Notes: a model not told the origin generated them from the sequence alone. Shown: positions 43,536 to 52,853, counted from the first letter of the stretch. The stretch is 64,000 nt of DNA from Candidatus Saccharimonadales bacterium (GCA_025451045.1 JANWLD010000001.1:69812-133811), one strand, 5' to 3'. Numbers and translations are program-made.

Positions 43536-45442
43536 TGGCGTTCGGTAAGAAAAAACAGCCAGTTGACCCGGCGGCTGTCGCCCAGGCCCAGCAGCAACGT
43601 GAAGAGCTGGAAGTATCGGCGGCTTTCCAAAAAGGTATCACCGCCCTTCGTGATTTTGTCGCGCCGAGTTCGATTGAATACAGCGGTACACATTTTCAAA
43701 TCGGCACCCGGTATGCAAGAACTTATTATGTTTTCGGCTATCCACGGCAACTATCGACAGGTTGGCTGAGCAGTATGGTAAACCTGGACGAAGTCATTGA
43801 TCTTTCACTCTATATCTATCCTGTTGAAAGCCAGGTTGTATTGGAAAACCTGCGCAAAAAAGTCGCGCAACTGGAAGCCGGCATCCAAATAGATACCGAA
43901 AAGGGCCGCGTCCGCGATCCTGCCAAACAAAGTGCCATTATGGACGCCGAAGAAATGCGAGATAAACTTCAGGTTGGTGAAGAGCGGTTCTTCCGCCTTG
44001 GTATGTACTTTACTGTGTATGGCTCCTCTATGGATGAGCTTGATTTTATCAGCCACAAGATAGAATCAATCCTTGGCCAGCAACTGGTTTATTCCAAGGC
44101 GGCTAGTTCCCAGCAGGAACAAGCGTTCAATAGCGTAGTCCCGCAGTTTCTTGACCAATTGCAGATTAGGCGCAACATGAATACCGGCGCGATTTCTACC
44201 AGTTTTCCATTCACCAGCGCTGATTTAAGCCAGGAAACCGGCATACTTTATGGAATTAATATGCACAATTCCGGGCTGGTTATCTTTGACCGTTTCTCCT
44301 TAGAAAATGGCAACGCGGTAGTTTTTGCAAAGTCCGGTTCGGGTAAAAGTTTTGCGGTTAAACTTGAGGCGCTCAGGAGCTTGATGTTCGGTACCGAGAT
44401 ATTTATCGTCGACCCGGAGAATGAATATCAGCGGATGTGCGAAGCGGTTGGCGGAGCTTATGTCCGACTAAGTTTGAACTCTTCCACCCGAATTAACCCC
44501 TTTGATTTACCGCAAGTTATTGATACCGAAGAAGCCGATAACGCCCTTCGGAGCAACCTGATAACTCTGCATGGATTGTTACGGCTAATGATGGGCGGAG
44601 CCGCGGCTCAAGCCAGCGGGGGAGCGGTAGAAGCGTCGCTAAATGCCTCCGAAGAAGCCGATCTGGACGCGGCGCTGATAGAGACTTACGCCAAAGCCGG
44701 CATCACTAACGACCCGTTGACCCACAAATCGCCGCCGCCGACTATCAATGACCTTTATGACACGTTGCTTCATATGGGCGGCAGCGGGCCGGATTTAGCC
44801 CAGCGCCTGCGCAAATACACATCCGGAACTTTTGCCGGGATTTTTTCCCAGCAGAGCAACATGAATATCAACAATCCAATGGTGGTATTCAATATTAGAG
44901 ATCTGGAAGACGAACTTCGACCGGTTGCCATGTATATAGTCCTTAATTTCATTTGGAACAGGACCAAGTCCGATCAAAAACGCCGGCTGCTTATAATTGA
45001 CGAGGCCTGGCAGTTAATGAAATACCAAGACAGCGCTAGTTTTATGTTTAGTTTGGCTAAAAGAGCCCGCAAATATAATCTGGGCATTACGACGATATCT
45101 CAGGATGTTGAAGACTTTATGGGTTCCAGCTTAGGCCGAGCGATTGTCGCTAACTCATCGATGCAGCTGTTGCTTAAACAGTCGCCTTCGGCAGTAGACG
45201 TATTAGCGGACGTTTTCAAGCTGACCAGCGAAGAGCGCAAGCGTTTGAGCAGTTTCCCGGTTGGCCAAGGGCTGTTTTTTGCCGGGCAAAATCACGTACA
45301 CCTGAACATAATCGCCAGCGAAACCGAACAGAACCTGATTACGACCAACCCCGAGGAAGTAAAGCAGATTGAAGAAGCCGGGGAAATGGCCGAGGCCGGA
45401 GGGACAATAGATTTGGAGAACCGTCTGATGCCCGGAGTTTAA
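43535..45442 (+). CDS. virB4: VirB4-family type IV secretion ATPase
   Basis: 635 aa. N-domain FVAPSSIEYSGTHFQIGTRYARTYYVFGYPRQLSTGWLSSMVNLDEVIDLSLYIYPV, Walker A FAKSGSGKSFAVK, DPENEYQ, Walker B RRLLIIDEAWQLM and ARKYNLGITTISQDVEDF. Confidence 0.9.
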   Translation: MAFGKKKQPVDPAAVAQAQQQREELEVSAAFQKGITALRDFVAPSSIEYSGTHFQIGTRYARTYYVFGYPRQLSTGWLSSMVNLDEVIDLSLYIYPVESQVVLENLRKKVAQLEAGIQIDTEKGRVRDPAKQSAIMDAEEMRDKLQVGEERFFRLGMYFTVYGSSMDELDFISHKIESILGQQLVYSKAASSQQEQAFNSVVPQFLDQLQIRRNMNTGAISTSFPFTSADLSQETGILYGINMHNSGLVIFDRFSLENGNAVVFAKSGSGKSFAVKLEALRSLMFGTEIFIVDPENEYQRMCEAVGGAYVRLSLNSSTRINPFDLPQVIDTEEADNALRSNLITLHGLLRLMMGGAAAQASGGAVEASLNASEEADLDAALIETYAKAGITNDPLTHKSPPPTINDLYDTLLHMGGSGPDLAQRLRKYTSGTFAGIFSQQSNMNINNPMVVFNIRDLEDELRPVAMYIVLNFIWNRTKSDQKRRLLIIDEAWQLMKYQDSASFMFSLAKRARKYNLGITTISQDVEDFMGSSLGRAIVANSSMQLLLKQSPSAVDVLADVFKLTSEERKRLSSFPVGQGLFFAGQNHVHLNIIASETEQNLITTNPEEVKQIEEAGEMAEAGGTIDLENRLMPGV

Positions 45443-45485
45443 ACAGCGCGAAATAAGCTAAAGCTGGATAAAGATAAAAACTACC

Positions 45486-48419
45486 ATGAATGAAACCGAG
45501 CAAAGAGATAATACCCACGGCGAAGCGGAAAAAAAGGCGCGTTTTGGTCCGAGCAGTCCGGACTTTACTCCGTCAGGCGATTCTTCCGACCCGCGCGGCC
45601 CCGACAACATAGCCGCCGGAAAATCATCCGATCCGAGGGGCGAAGATTCTTTGCAGTCGCGGGAAGCAGCGGGAGGCGTGGGTTCAAGAGGAGCAGTTGG
45701 CGGTGCAGAGTCAGGTCTGGCCAATCAACTTGGTAAAGGCTTCACCGGTGTCGCCGGTGCAGCGGCTGGCGGGGGAGCTTTAGGATCGCTTCGCCCTTTT
45801 TTGAAATTTTTAACCAGAAATAAAAGAAAAACTGCCGCCGGAGGTTTTATTGGTGCTGTCGTTGGTATTATGATTTTCCTTGCCGGCATTGCTTCGGGCC
45901 CTTTTGAATTTGTACATTTTGCTCAATTACTACAACAGTTTCACCTGCGAAGCAATGAAGATTTCGGCAATGAGCGCGGCGCCAGAACCTTGCTTTATGC
46001 ACTGACCGGACAAGCCCAAAAATCCCGTCTTGGTTTTGTCGGCAATTATGCAGCTGACAAGTGGGAAGCCAAGCTTCTGAAAGAAACAGGCTTACGACCG
46101 GTTTATTCAGCCAAAACCAGGATAGTTGTGGGGTTTGAAATAGTAAATGACAAATATATAAACGGGCTATTAGATGCCGACGAAAAAACGTCGGCAAGAT
46201 TAGAGAGCGCCATGGGAAAAGGCGCAAAGGTAACTACGGCCGGCTCGGTTAAAGGCCAGGATGTTGTACGCGGGAACGGTGAAGTACTGCCCGGTAATAC
46301 GCACATTATGAGCGTGAAAGACATGGGCTGGAAGGAGCGCAGTAAATTTATAAGGACGATCGGCAAGCTTACTGGCACCAATAACATTACCAGCACCTTG
46401 GCCTCGCGTCTTTTAAAGAAAAGAGGCGGGGTTATTTTCCATCCATTTAGATATCTTACCCATAAAGCAGTAGATAAATTGGTAGATTGGCGTTATGAAC
46501 GCAGAAAAGAAGCTGCCAGACAAGATAAAGAAGGTACAAAAAACGGCGGGGTGAAACCTAAAGACACCAAGGATACAAATGACGATAAAAAGCCCGATGC
46601 TCCAGATGAAGCCGACAAGGTGGCGGCAGAGGGAGCAGAGGAGACCATAGATGAAGCCGCCAAAGAGCTTGCAAAGAATAATATCAAAATACTTGCTAAA
46701 AGAATTGGAACCGGCTCTATAGCCGTAGGTATTTTATGCGCCGCTAAGGGCTTTGGCGATGCGGTGCCGGACTATAAGTATACAAATAATGTCCTGCCGA
46801 TGATGCGAATGGGTTTTAGGGTGGTAAGCATGGGCAATGAGGTAATGAGCGGGCAAGGCCTAACCCTCGATGAAGTGGGAGCATTTAAAGATGCCCTCTA
46901 TGATAATCAAACCGGAACAAATTGGACAGAAGCCGGGACAATTCAGGGCGAACTCGGCCACAAACAAACGGGCTACAAAATGCCCCCAGAGGCTAGTTTG
47001 CAAAACGTTAATGACAAGCCATTATTTTTCGATATCTTAGACCAAGTACCTTTCCTTGACACTGCCTGCGACATATCGGGGATTGCTGGTTCTATCCCAA
47101 TCGTAAAAGACGTGTTGAATGTCGGTTCAGATGCCGTGTTGGCCGGACTTAATGTCGCAGCTGGAGCCGCCGGTACAAGCGTAGACGCAATAATGGAAGG
47201 CGCTTTGGCTTTAGTTTCCGGCAATTCGGTAGACACGCTGGCGTCAGGGGCTGATTATGGCAATCTGGCAAACACCGGGGCGTTTTTAGCTGCTAATGAT
47301 AATGCCGTATCCATGGGCGGCAGTCCTTTGAGCAACCAGCAAAGAGCGGAGCTTAGGCTTTATGAACAAAATAATCTTAGGAACGAAAACCAAACCAAAT
47401 CATTCGCGGAGCGCTATCTTGACCCCTATAGTTCTAACAGTTTAAGCGGCCAGCTTATAGACAATGCCCCCCATTCACTAAGCAGTTTCGCGGATATTTT
47501 TAATTCCTCATTAGGATTGCTTACCGGCAGGTTCGCAAGTATTCTGCCTCTTGGAAACAATTCTTTGGTCAGTGCGGCCGGAAATGTTGATTATGGAGTG
47601 CCCAAGTTCGGCTTCTCTTTAGCAGACCAAGAAAATCCTAAATTTGAAAATCCTTATAATAATGCTGAGAAGGTCGAGCCCCGTCTTAATGAATTGAATG
47701 ATGAATACGGCAAGCCGTGTTTCGGCATGAGCGTCCATACCGCTTCCGATGGCATATCCATAGAAACCGAGGCGATGGGCAGTGATGATTTAAACGTATT
47801 TAACGTCCTCGACAACGAAAAATGCGACCCGCAAAAAAATCATGATCCTTGGTTTAAGCGGTATCGTTTTTACCTAGCGGATGCGGTTTCTACAGTTAGC
47901 AACGCCTGCTTTCAGGCCGACGGCGACCCCAAAGGCGAGAAGTACTGCGAGATGCTCGGCTTTGATACAGAGGCCGCTCTATCTAGTAGTAGTTCGACAG
48001 GAAGCGTCATAAATGGTGATGCACAGCAATTAGCACAGCAACTTCTTGATAACCCAAATGTTACCTATCCATATGCCGACGAGGTTGACGGTACGACTGT
48101 TGAAGATGTGCTGAAAAGCGTTGTGCGAACGGGCGAAGGGATTGTTAATTCGCCTGATGTTAGCTTTAAAAGCGTCCCAGTAAGTACTGATTTGCTCCAA
48201 GCACTGGTTGAATATGCAGAAAATTACCCCATTGGCTTAAATGCGCTTACCAACGCCGATCATTCAAGTACCTCGAACCATTATAAGGGAATTGCTATAG
48301 ACATAGCCTGCTCTCCTGCTCTTAATGTGGCTGCTTTTAACAAAATTGCAACTAAGTATGGCGGGCACAACAATGGAGAGGTCTGTCCAGGGAACAAACA
48401 TTATCATTATGATTTCTAA
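45486..48419 (+). CDS. Giant single-pass membrane protein with C-terminal peptidase M15 (zinc D-Ala-D-Ala carboxypeptidase/VanY-like) domain
   Basis: 977 aa. Disordered Gly/Ser/Asp N-terminus, one TM helix (FIGAVVGIMIFLAGIASG), and ~750 aa of unassigned sequence. The C-terminus DHSSTSNHYKGIAIDIAC...GNKHYHYDF fits the M15 SxHxxGxAxD...H zinc motif. Confidence 0.65.
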   Translation: MNETEQRDNTHGEAEKKARFGPSSPDFTPSGDSSDPRGPDNIAAGKSSDPRGEDSLQSREAAGGVGSRGAVGGAESGLANQLGKGFTGVAGAAAGGGALGSLRPFLKFLTRNKRKTAAGGFIGAVVGIMIFLAGIASGPFEFVHFAQLLQQFHLRSNEDFGNERGARTLLYALTGQAQKSRLGFVGNYAADKWEAKLLKETGLRPVYSAKTRIVVGFEIVNDKYINGLLDADEKTSARLESAMGKGAKVTTAGSVKGQDVVRGNGEVLPGNTHIMSVKDMGWKERSKFIRTIGKLTGTNNITSTLASRLLKKRGGVIFHPFRYLTHKAVDKLVDWRYERRKEAARQDKEGTKNGGVKPKDTKDTNDDKKPDAPDEADKVAAEGAEETIDEAAKELAKNNIKILAKRIGTGSIAVGILCAAKGFGDAVPDYKYTNNVLPMMRMGFRVVSMGNEVMSGQGLTLDEVGAFKDALYDNQTGTNWTEAGTIQGELGHKQTGYKMPPEASLQNVNDKPLFFDILDQVPFLDTACDISGIAGSIPIVKDVLNVGSDAVLAGLNVAAGAAGTSVDAIMEGALALVSGNSVDTLASGADYGNLANTGAFLAANDNAVSMGGSPLSNQQRAELRLYEQNNLRNENQTKSFAERYLDPYSSNSLSGQLIDNAPHSLSSFADIFNSSLGLLTGRFASILPLGNNSLVSAAGNVDYGVPKFGFSLADQENPKFENPYNNAEKVEPRLNELNDEYGKPCFGMSVHTASDGISIETEAMGSDDLNVFNVLDNEKCDPQKNHDPWFKRYRFYLADAVSTVSNACFQADGDPKGEKYCEMLGFDTEAALSSSSSTGSVINGDAQQLAQQLLDNPNVTYPYADEVDGTTVEDVLKSVVRTGEGIVNSPDVSFKSVPVSTDLLQALVEYAENYPIGLNALTNADHSSTSNHYKGIAIDIACSPALNVAAFNKIATKYGGHNNGEVCPGNKHYHYDF

Positions 48420-50316
48420 AAAAATGTTGGTCGGTAAGCTGATTTCAAGGCCTGTTGAGCTTATATGCATAGGTGCTCTTTTGCTGATTACGGCCGTGCC
48501 TGCCAAGGTGCAAGGTTTATCGAGCGAACAGAAAGGATACTTCGCTAAAAGTATTAAGTATTTTGATGAGGGTCGTTGTTCTTCTTCGTCAGAAGTAACC
48601 AGTGGTTCCGGGGAGCCAGACGGTAGTGTTTTTCCAGATTTAGACCCAGAAGTTATGGCCGGAACCATAGATAAGTTCATCAAAAAAGAAAATCCGAACA
48701 GCAAACTAAATGGATTGGGCGAAACCATAGTAGCAGGAGCGAAAAACTCCAATATCAACCCGTTTTTGATAGTAGCCCAAGCTTATATGGAATCTGGCTT
48801 AGCAGATCCTGGGATAAGCGATATTTTCGATAGGGGCAACAATGCATTTGGGCGGTCGGCCTTGATCAGCCAGCCTCATATTGTTAGCCAAGGTGCTCCC
48901 GGTGCTCCCGGCATATGGTATAAGTGGTCGTCGGTCAAAGCTAGCGTAGACTACACCGCACATGAAAACAAAAATGCTGCAGGAGGCGGTGATATAGCGT
49001 CCTACTTGCGGGAGCAATACGGAAACATCTTGGATAAGGGAGATCTTGACGCATACATTGCAGAATACGCGCCAGACGGAAATGAAGATACTTATGTCAA
49101 GAACATAAGCGGCTGGGTCAAAGAGATGGCCAGGCTCGCAAGCGGCAGGGCTGCGCCAATCGGGGCTGAGCCAGAGGCCTCTGGCTCAGGGGGGTGTTGC
49201 TCAACCAGCGGAAGTGGAACCGGCGGGGATGAAAGCCTGGTGGGAGGCACTAATGGCGAAAAGGCCTTTCTCTATTTTGTCGGAAAAGGCCTGTCCGCTG
49301 AGGCCGCCGCAGGAATTATAGGGAATTTTATGGTTGAATCCGGCGGTTTAACTGAAAATCTGGATACACGCGCCAGCAATGGCACACATACAGGTATAGC
49401 CCAGTGGGATAATGGCGGACGCTGGGCTTCGCTAGTAGATTTTGCAAAAGGGAAGAGCCTTGACCCTTACAGCCTTTTTGCACAGCTAGAGTGGACCTGG
49501 CAAGAGTTAAGCGGAAGTTATAGCGGTACACTAAATAGCCTGAAGAAAGCCTCTTCGCCCGAGGATGCTGCTACCGAATTCGAAGCAACTTTTGAAATTT
49601 CAGGCGGATCCGCACTGGCGGATAGAGAAGCATCCGCCCGAAAAATATTCAATCAATATGGCGGGGGCGTAAGTGGTAGCGTAGCGTCGTCCGGTGAATG
49701 TTCTGGCACGCCTGCAGGTGACGCTAATCTGCAAAAAACTATTACGGTGAGCACAAAAGGTAAGTTTATTACCCTGCCAAGCAAATACTCTTGCCCCGGG
49801 CATACCACTAGAATAGATTCTAGGGTAGCGGCTGATCTGGCCTATCTGATCACCACATATAATATGTGCGCGGAAGACGGTCTGGCTAGCGGCCATAACA
49901 GCCACGGCGCAGGGATATCCGTAGACCTTATACCAAAAAGCGGAAACTCAAAAAATGATTGGGAAAATTCCACCGAAGCCGCGGCGCGCGCTATCGGATG
50001 GTTCGGCGATGGAGCAAATGATCCCATAGGCTCCAAGAAAGGTTGTGCCTTTTATAACGGCGATTACGGTCAGTGTATGCATATAGTCTATCCTGACAAA
50101 TTTCCAAAGTGGATGCGCTGGATAGGATATAACGGAGATTATTGCCATGGTGATCCCTGGCACTACCAGAATGCCTGTGAGGCCCACTTGCACATCAGCT
50201 GGGATTCCCCGAACGGCAATGACGCGACTTCTCCTACCGAGATTGCCGAGCCGATACCTGAAGTATATGTTTTCCCGACATCCATACCTAGTGATTTAGA
50301 AGGGCTGATAAATTAA
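48409..50316 (+). CDS. Secreted three-module peptidoglycan hydrolase (glucosaminidase-like + phage-tail-lysozyme-like + M15 peptidase-like)
   Basis: I prefer the ATG at 48409 (or 48424), giving MISKKMLVGKLISRPVELICIGALLLITAVPAKVQG as a signal sequence. Module 1: NINPFLIVAQAYMESGLADP...NNAFG. A GSGGCCSTSGSGTGG linker follows. Module 2: LSAEAAAGIIGNFMVESGG...HTGIAQW. Module 3: SGHNSHGAGISVDL...CEAHLHISW, which fits HxxGxSxD...H. Confidence 0.7.
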   Translation: MISKKMLVGKLISRPVELICIGALLLITAVPAKVQGLSSEQKGYFAKSIKYFDEGRCSSSSEVTSGSGEPDGSVFPDLDPEVMAGTIDKFIKKENPNSKLNGLGETIVAGAKNSNINPFLIVAQAYMESGLADPGISDIFDRGNNAFGRSALISQPHIVSQGAPGAPGIWYKWSSVKASVDYTAHENKNAAGGGDIASYLREQYGNILDKGDLDAYIAEYAPDGNEDTYVKNISGWVKEMARLASGRAAPIGAEPEASGSGGCCSTSGSGTGGDESLVGGTNGEKAFLYFVGKGLSAEAAAGIIGNFMVESGGLTENLDTRASNGTHTGIAQWDNGGRWASLVDFAKGKSLDPYSLFAQLEWTWQELSGSYSGTLNSLKKASSPEDAATEFEATFEISGGSALADREASARKIFNQYGGGVSGSVASSGECSGTPAGDANLQKTITVSTKGKFITLPSKYSCPGHTTRIDSRVAADLAYLITTYNMCAEDGLASGHNSHGAGISVDLIPKSGNSKNDWENSTEAAARAIGWFGDGANDPIGSKKGCAFYNGDYGQCMHIVYPDKFPKWMRWIGYNGDYCHGDPWHYQNACEAHLHISWDSPNGNDATSPTEIAEPIPEVYVFPTSIPSDLEGLIN

Positions 50317-50339
50317 CGTAATATTAGATAGGGCTGCTT

Positions 50340-51773
50340 ATGATAACCGAAGCGATTTTAAAATATAAAAAGCAACTGGTTTTGTTCGGGTTTTGCGTGC
50401 TTGTTATTGTGCTTGGGGGTTCTTTATGGAATTACCTTCGTTTCGGCTCGATATCGGTAGTTACAGATAACGGAAATACTATTACTATCAGCGAGCTGCC
50501 TGGTGGTAGCAAGAATGGCCAAAAATTATTTTCAAAAACAGCTAAAGAAAGATTGTCGGTGCGCGTGTCGCCCGGGAAATACATAGTCAGCGTAAGCAAC
50601 AAAGCCTCTTATATAAACAAAGCAGTTACCGTTAGGGCTGGCGAGGATAACGAGTATAATCTCAACCCCTCGAAGGAAACCGGCTTAGAACCGGTTATCG
50701 GGATGCTTGCAAATAGTATGTATCCCAGCAATCAGGGGTTGAGCTTTATTGAATCTGGCTCAGGAATTCTCTTCCGGATAACCGATGCAAATCGGCTGAT
50801 TCAAGTATCTAATATTGCTGGGTTCCAGCGGGCAGAATGGTCCGACTATGGAATAGGAGCTGCTGAGGACAGCAAGGGCAACATCTATAGGCTGGTAGGC
50901 GACGATGTTCGTAAGATTAGTTTGCCCGGTCCATTCACTGTTAATAAAACCTTCTGTGTATCTCCGGATGGGACAATATATATTATAAAAAAAGACGGTA
51001 TTTATGCGGCTGGGGCATCAGAGAAGCCGAGATATGTAGGAGGGTGGGAAGACTCCGCGTTACCTTTTATTGCAGCCTCGAACAAGCGTTTGGCAATCAT
51101 AGTGCCGCCGCCGAACGATTCTTCTGCCGACAAGCAGATGGAAGAACCTTTTGTAGAAATCATAGATAAAAGCGGCAACCTAAAAGCCAAGAAAAACCTC
51201 TCTGCTTTAGCCGGTTCTTGGTCCCCGGACGGTACTAAGCTTATCCTTACAGACTTTTATGGAAATACTGGTATATATAATGAGAGGCTGGAGCTCTTAA
51301 AGACGCTGCCTAACATACAGGTTCTTAAAGCTGCCTGGGCTAATAATGAAAAGGTTGTTTATACTACCGATAATAGGGTCTGGCTGTATAGCATTAAAGA
51401 TGGTCTGTCACGAGCTTTTTCCAGCCTACCGCTGGGACTCTCTGTCGTTTCAATCTCTATAAACAAAGGCAGCGGACAGGTTTATTTGTCTGGAGGGGGT
51501 GAAGAAAAAAGCGGCATTTACAGGTTTAGTCTGAGCGGCGAAGAAGATTCCGGTCTGGACAGTATAAAAAAGCTTGCTGTCTTCCTTCCTGTCGCCTTGG
51601 ATTCTTGTCGTATAAGCTATATAAACTTTTCTGAGAAACCATCGATCATTCTTCAGACTACCCCTAAAAACAAGTCTGTTTGCATATCCCAAACAGATAT
51701 AGAGCTAACTCAAGATGGCCTTAACAGGAAGGACTTCGATTTCCAGTTTGATTTGGCTTCTGACAATCTTTAG
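50340..51773 (+). CDS. N-terminally anchored protein with PD40/beta-propeller-like repeats (last gene of the T4SS-like operon)
   Basis: 477 aa. TM helix LVLFGFCVLVIVLGGSLW, with repeats such as VSPDGTIYIIKKDG and SWSPDGTKLILTDFYG that resemble TolB/PD40 blades. The stop overlaps the recF stop region by 4 nt (convergent). Confidence 0.5.
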   Translation: MITEAILKYKKQLVLFGFCVLVIVLGGSLWNYLRFGSISVVTDNGNTITISELPGGSKNGQKLFSKTAKERLSVRVSPGKYIVSVSNKASYINKAVTVRAGEDNEYNLNPSKETGLEPVIGMLANSMYPSNQGLSFIESGSGILFRITDANRLIQVSNIAGFQRAEWSDYGIGAAEDSKGNIYRLVGDDVRKISLPGPFTVNKTFCVSPDGTIYIIKKDGIYAAGASEKPRYVGGWEDSALPFIAASNKRLAIIVPPPNDSSADKQMEEPFVEIIDKSGNLKAKKNLSALAGSWSPDGTKLILTDFYGNTGIYNERLELLKTLPNIQVLKAAWANNEKVVYTTDNRVWLYSIKDGLSRAFSSLPLGLSVVSISINKGSGQVYLSGGGEEKSGIYRFSLSGEEDSGLDSIKKLAVFLPVALDSCRISYINFSEKPSIILQTTPKNKSVCISQTDIELTQDGLNRKDFDFQFDLASDNL

Positions 51774-52831
51774 TTCAGTATTATGGTCTGGCAGTTTTGA
51801 GAAAAGTTTTTCAAAACAACGTCAGCATCAGTAGTAGTGATGATGGTTTGATATTTTTTCAAGAAACGGGTTAGGGCCTTGCGCCTACTTCCGTCCAGTT
51901 CGCTGAATACATCATCTAGAAGCAATAGCGGTTTTTTGCCGGTTTTTTCTTCTAATATTTCGAGTTCAATTATCTTTAGTGCTAAAAGTAAGGTGCGTGT
52001 TTCTCCTCTTGATGCCGCAAGTTCAATGGGGGTTTTGTTTAATGTGATAAAAAAGTCTTCCCTATGCGGTCCGGCGCCGGTGAAGCCCCTCGCTCTATCC
52101 AGTTCTATTTGGGCTTCCAGTTTTTTCAGCAAAGCGGCTGAATAATTCCTAGTGTCCAAAGATGTTTTGTAGGCAGCCTTCAGCTCAGTATTTTTACCAG
52201 AAATTTTCGAATATGTTTGGCTAAGTTTAGCATTTATTAGCCCTATGGTTTCCATCCTTTGTTTTACTATGGTTCCGGCCAGCTCGCTTAAGCGTATATT
52301 CCATACGAACAGTTGGCTGTTGTCCAGGTGAGGATTTTTTAACAATGCGTTGCGTTGGGCAAGGGCACGCTTATAGCGTATTAGCGCGGTGTTGTAGGTA
52401 TCATTAATTTGGTTGGACAGGTTATCCAGATATTCCCGCCGGTTTTGCGGCTCGCCGTGCAATAACATTAGGTTGTTTGGTTCAAACAAAACAGCTGGTT
52501 GTTTCTGGCCGCTGGGAAGCCTAGTATAAGACTTTTCGTCAATGACGAATTCTGTTTGTTGCTTGTCTTTTTCTTGGTCGGAAGTAATCTTCAGTGTGCG
52601 GGTGGTGTTGTCTTTGGTATGCACATCGACTCTGGCCCAACTGCTCCCGTGCCGGATAATATTATCCCGGCCGCGGTAAGATATATTGTTTGCTGTCAAA
52701 AGCAGGGCTTCTATTAGGTTGGACTTGCCGGCGCCATTCGGCCCAACGACAATAGTTACGCCGCCCTCCAGCTCAAAAGAAGATTCTTTGTAAGACCTGT
52801 AGTTCTGCAGCCGAATGTCAGTGAACACCAT
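51770..52831 (-). CDS. recF: DNA replication and repair protein RecF
   Basis: 353 aa. The GPNGAGKSNLIEAL Walker A motif, and LLLLDDVFSELD combining the signature and Walker B motifs. Confidence 0.9.
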   Translation of the reverse strand: MVFTDIRLQNYRSYKESSFELEGGVTIVVGPNGAGKSNLIEALLLTANNISYRGRDNIIRHGSSWARVDVHTKDNTTRTLKITSDQEKDKQQTEFVIDEKSYTRLPSGQKQPAVLFEPNNLMLLHGEPQNRREYLDNLSNQINDTYNTALIRYKRALAQRNALLKNPHLDNSQLFVWNIRLSELAGTIVKQRMETIGLINAKLSQTYSKISGKNTELKAAYKTSLDTRNYSAALLKKLEAQIELDRARGFTGAGPHREDFFITLNKTPIELAASRGETRTLLLALKIIELEILEEKTGKKPLLLLDDVFSELDGSRRKALTRFLKKYQTIITTTDADVVLKNFSQNCQTIILN

Positions 52832-52853
52832 GGTGGTGTTATTATCCCACGGC

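Noticed and set aside
48264-48758. 164-aa minus-strand ORF, and the track's long N-terminal extension (start 48325) of the three-module hydrolase.
   Set aside because: The region is already covered by the C-terminal M15 domain of the 977-aa protein, read in frame through to HYHYDF. A signal-peptide-bearing start at 48409 or 48424 fits the downstream gene much better.
34282-51773. Calling the T4SS-like locus an integrative conjugative element or a prophage-derived region.
   Set aside because: No integrase, relaxase, coupling ATPase, replication or partition genes, phage structural genes or flanking direct repeats are visible. The flanks are core genes (hsp20, recF). Sampled base composition is similar to other ~50% G+C stretches in the window.
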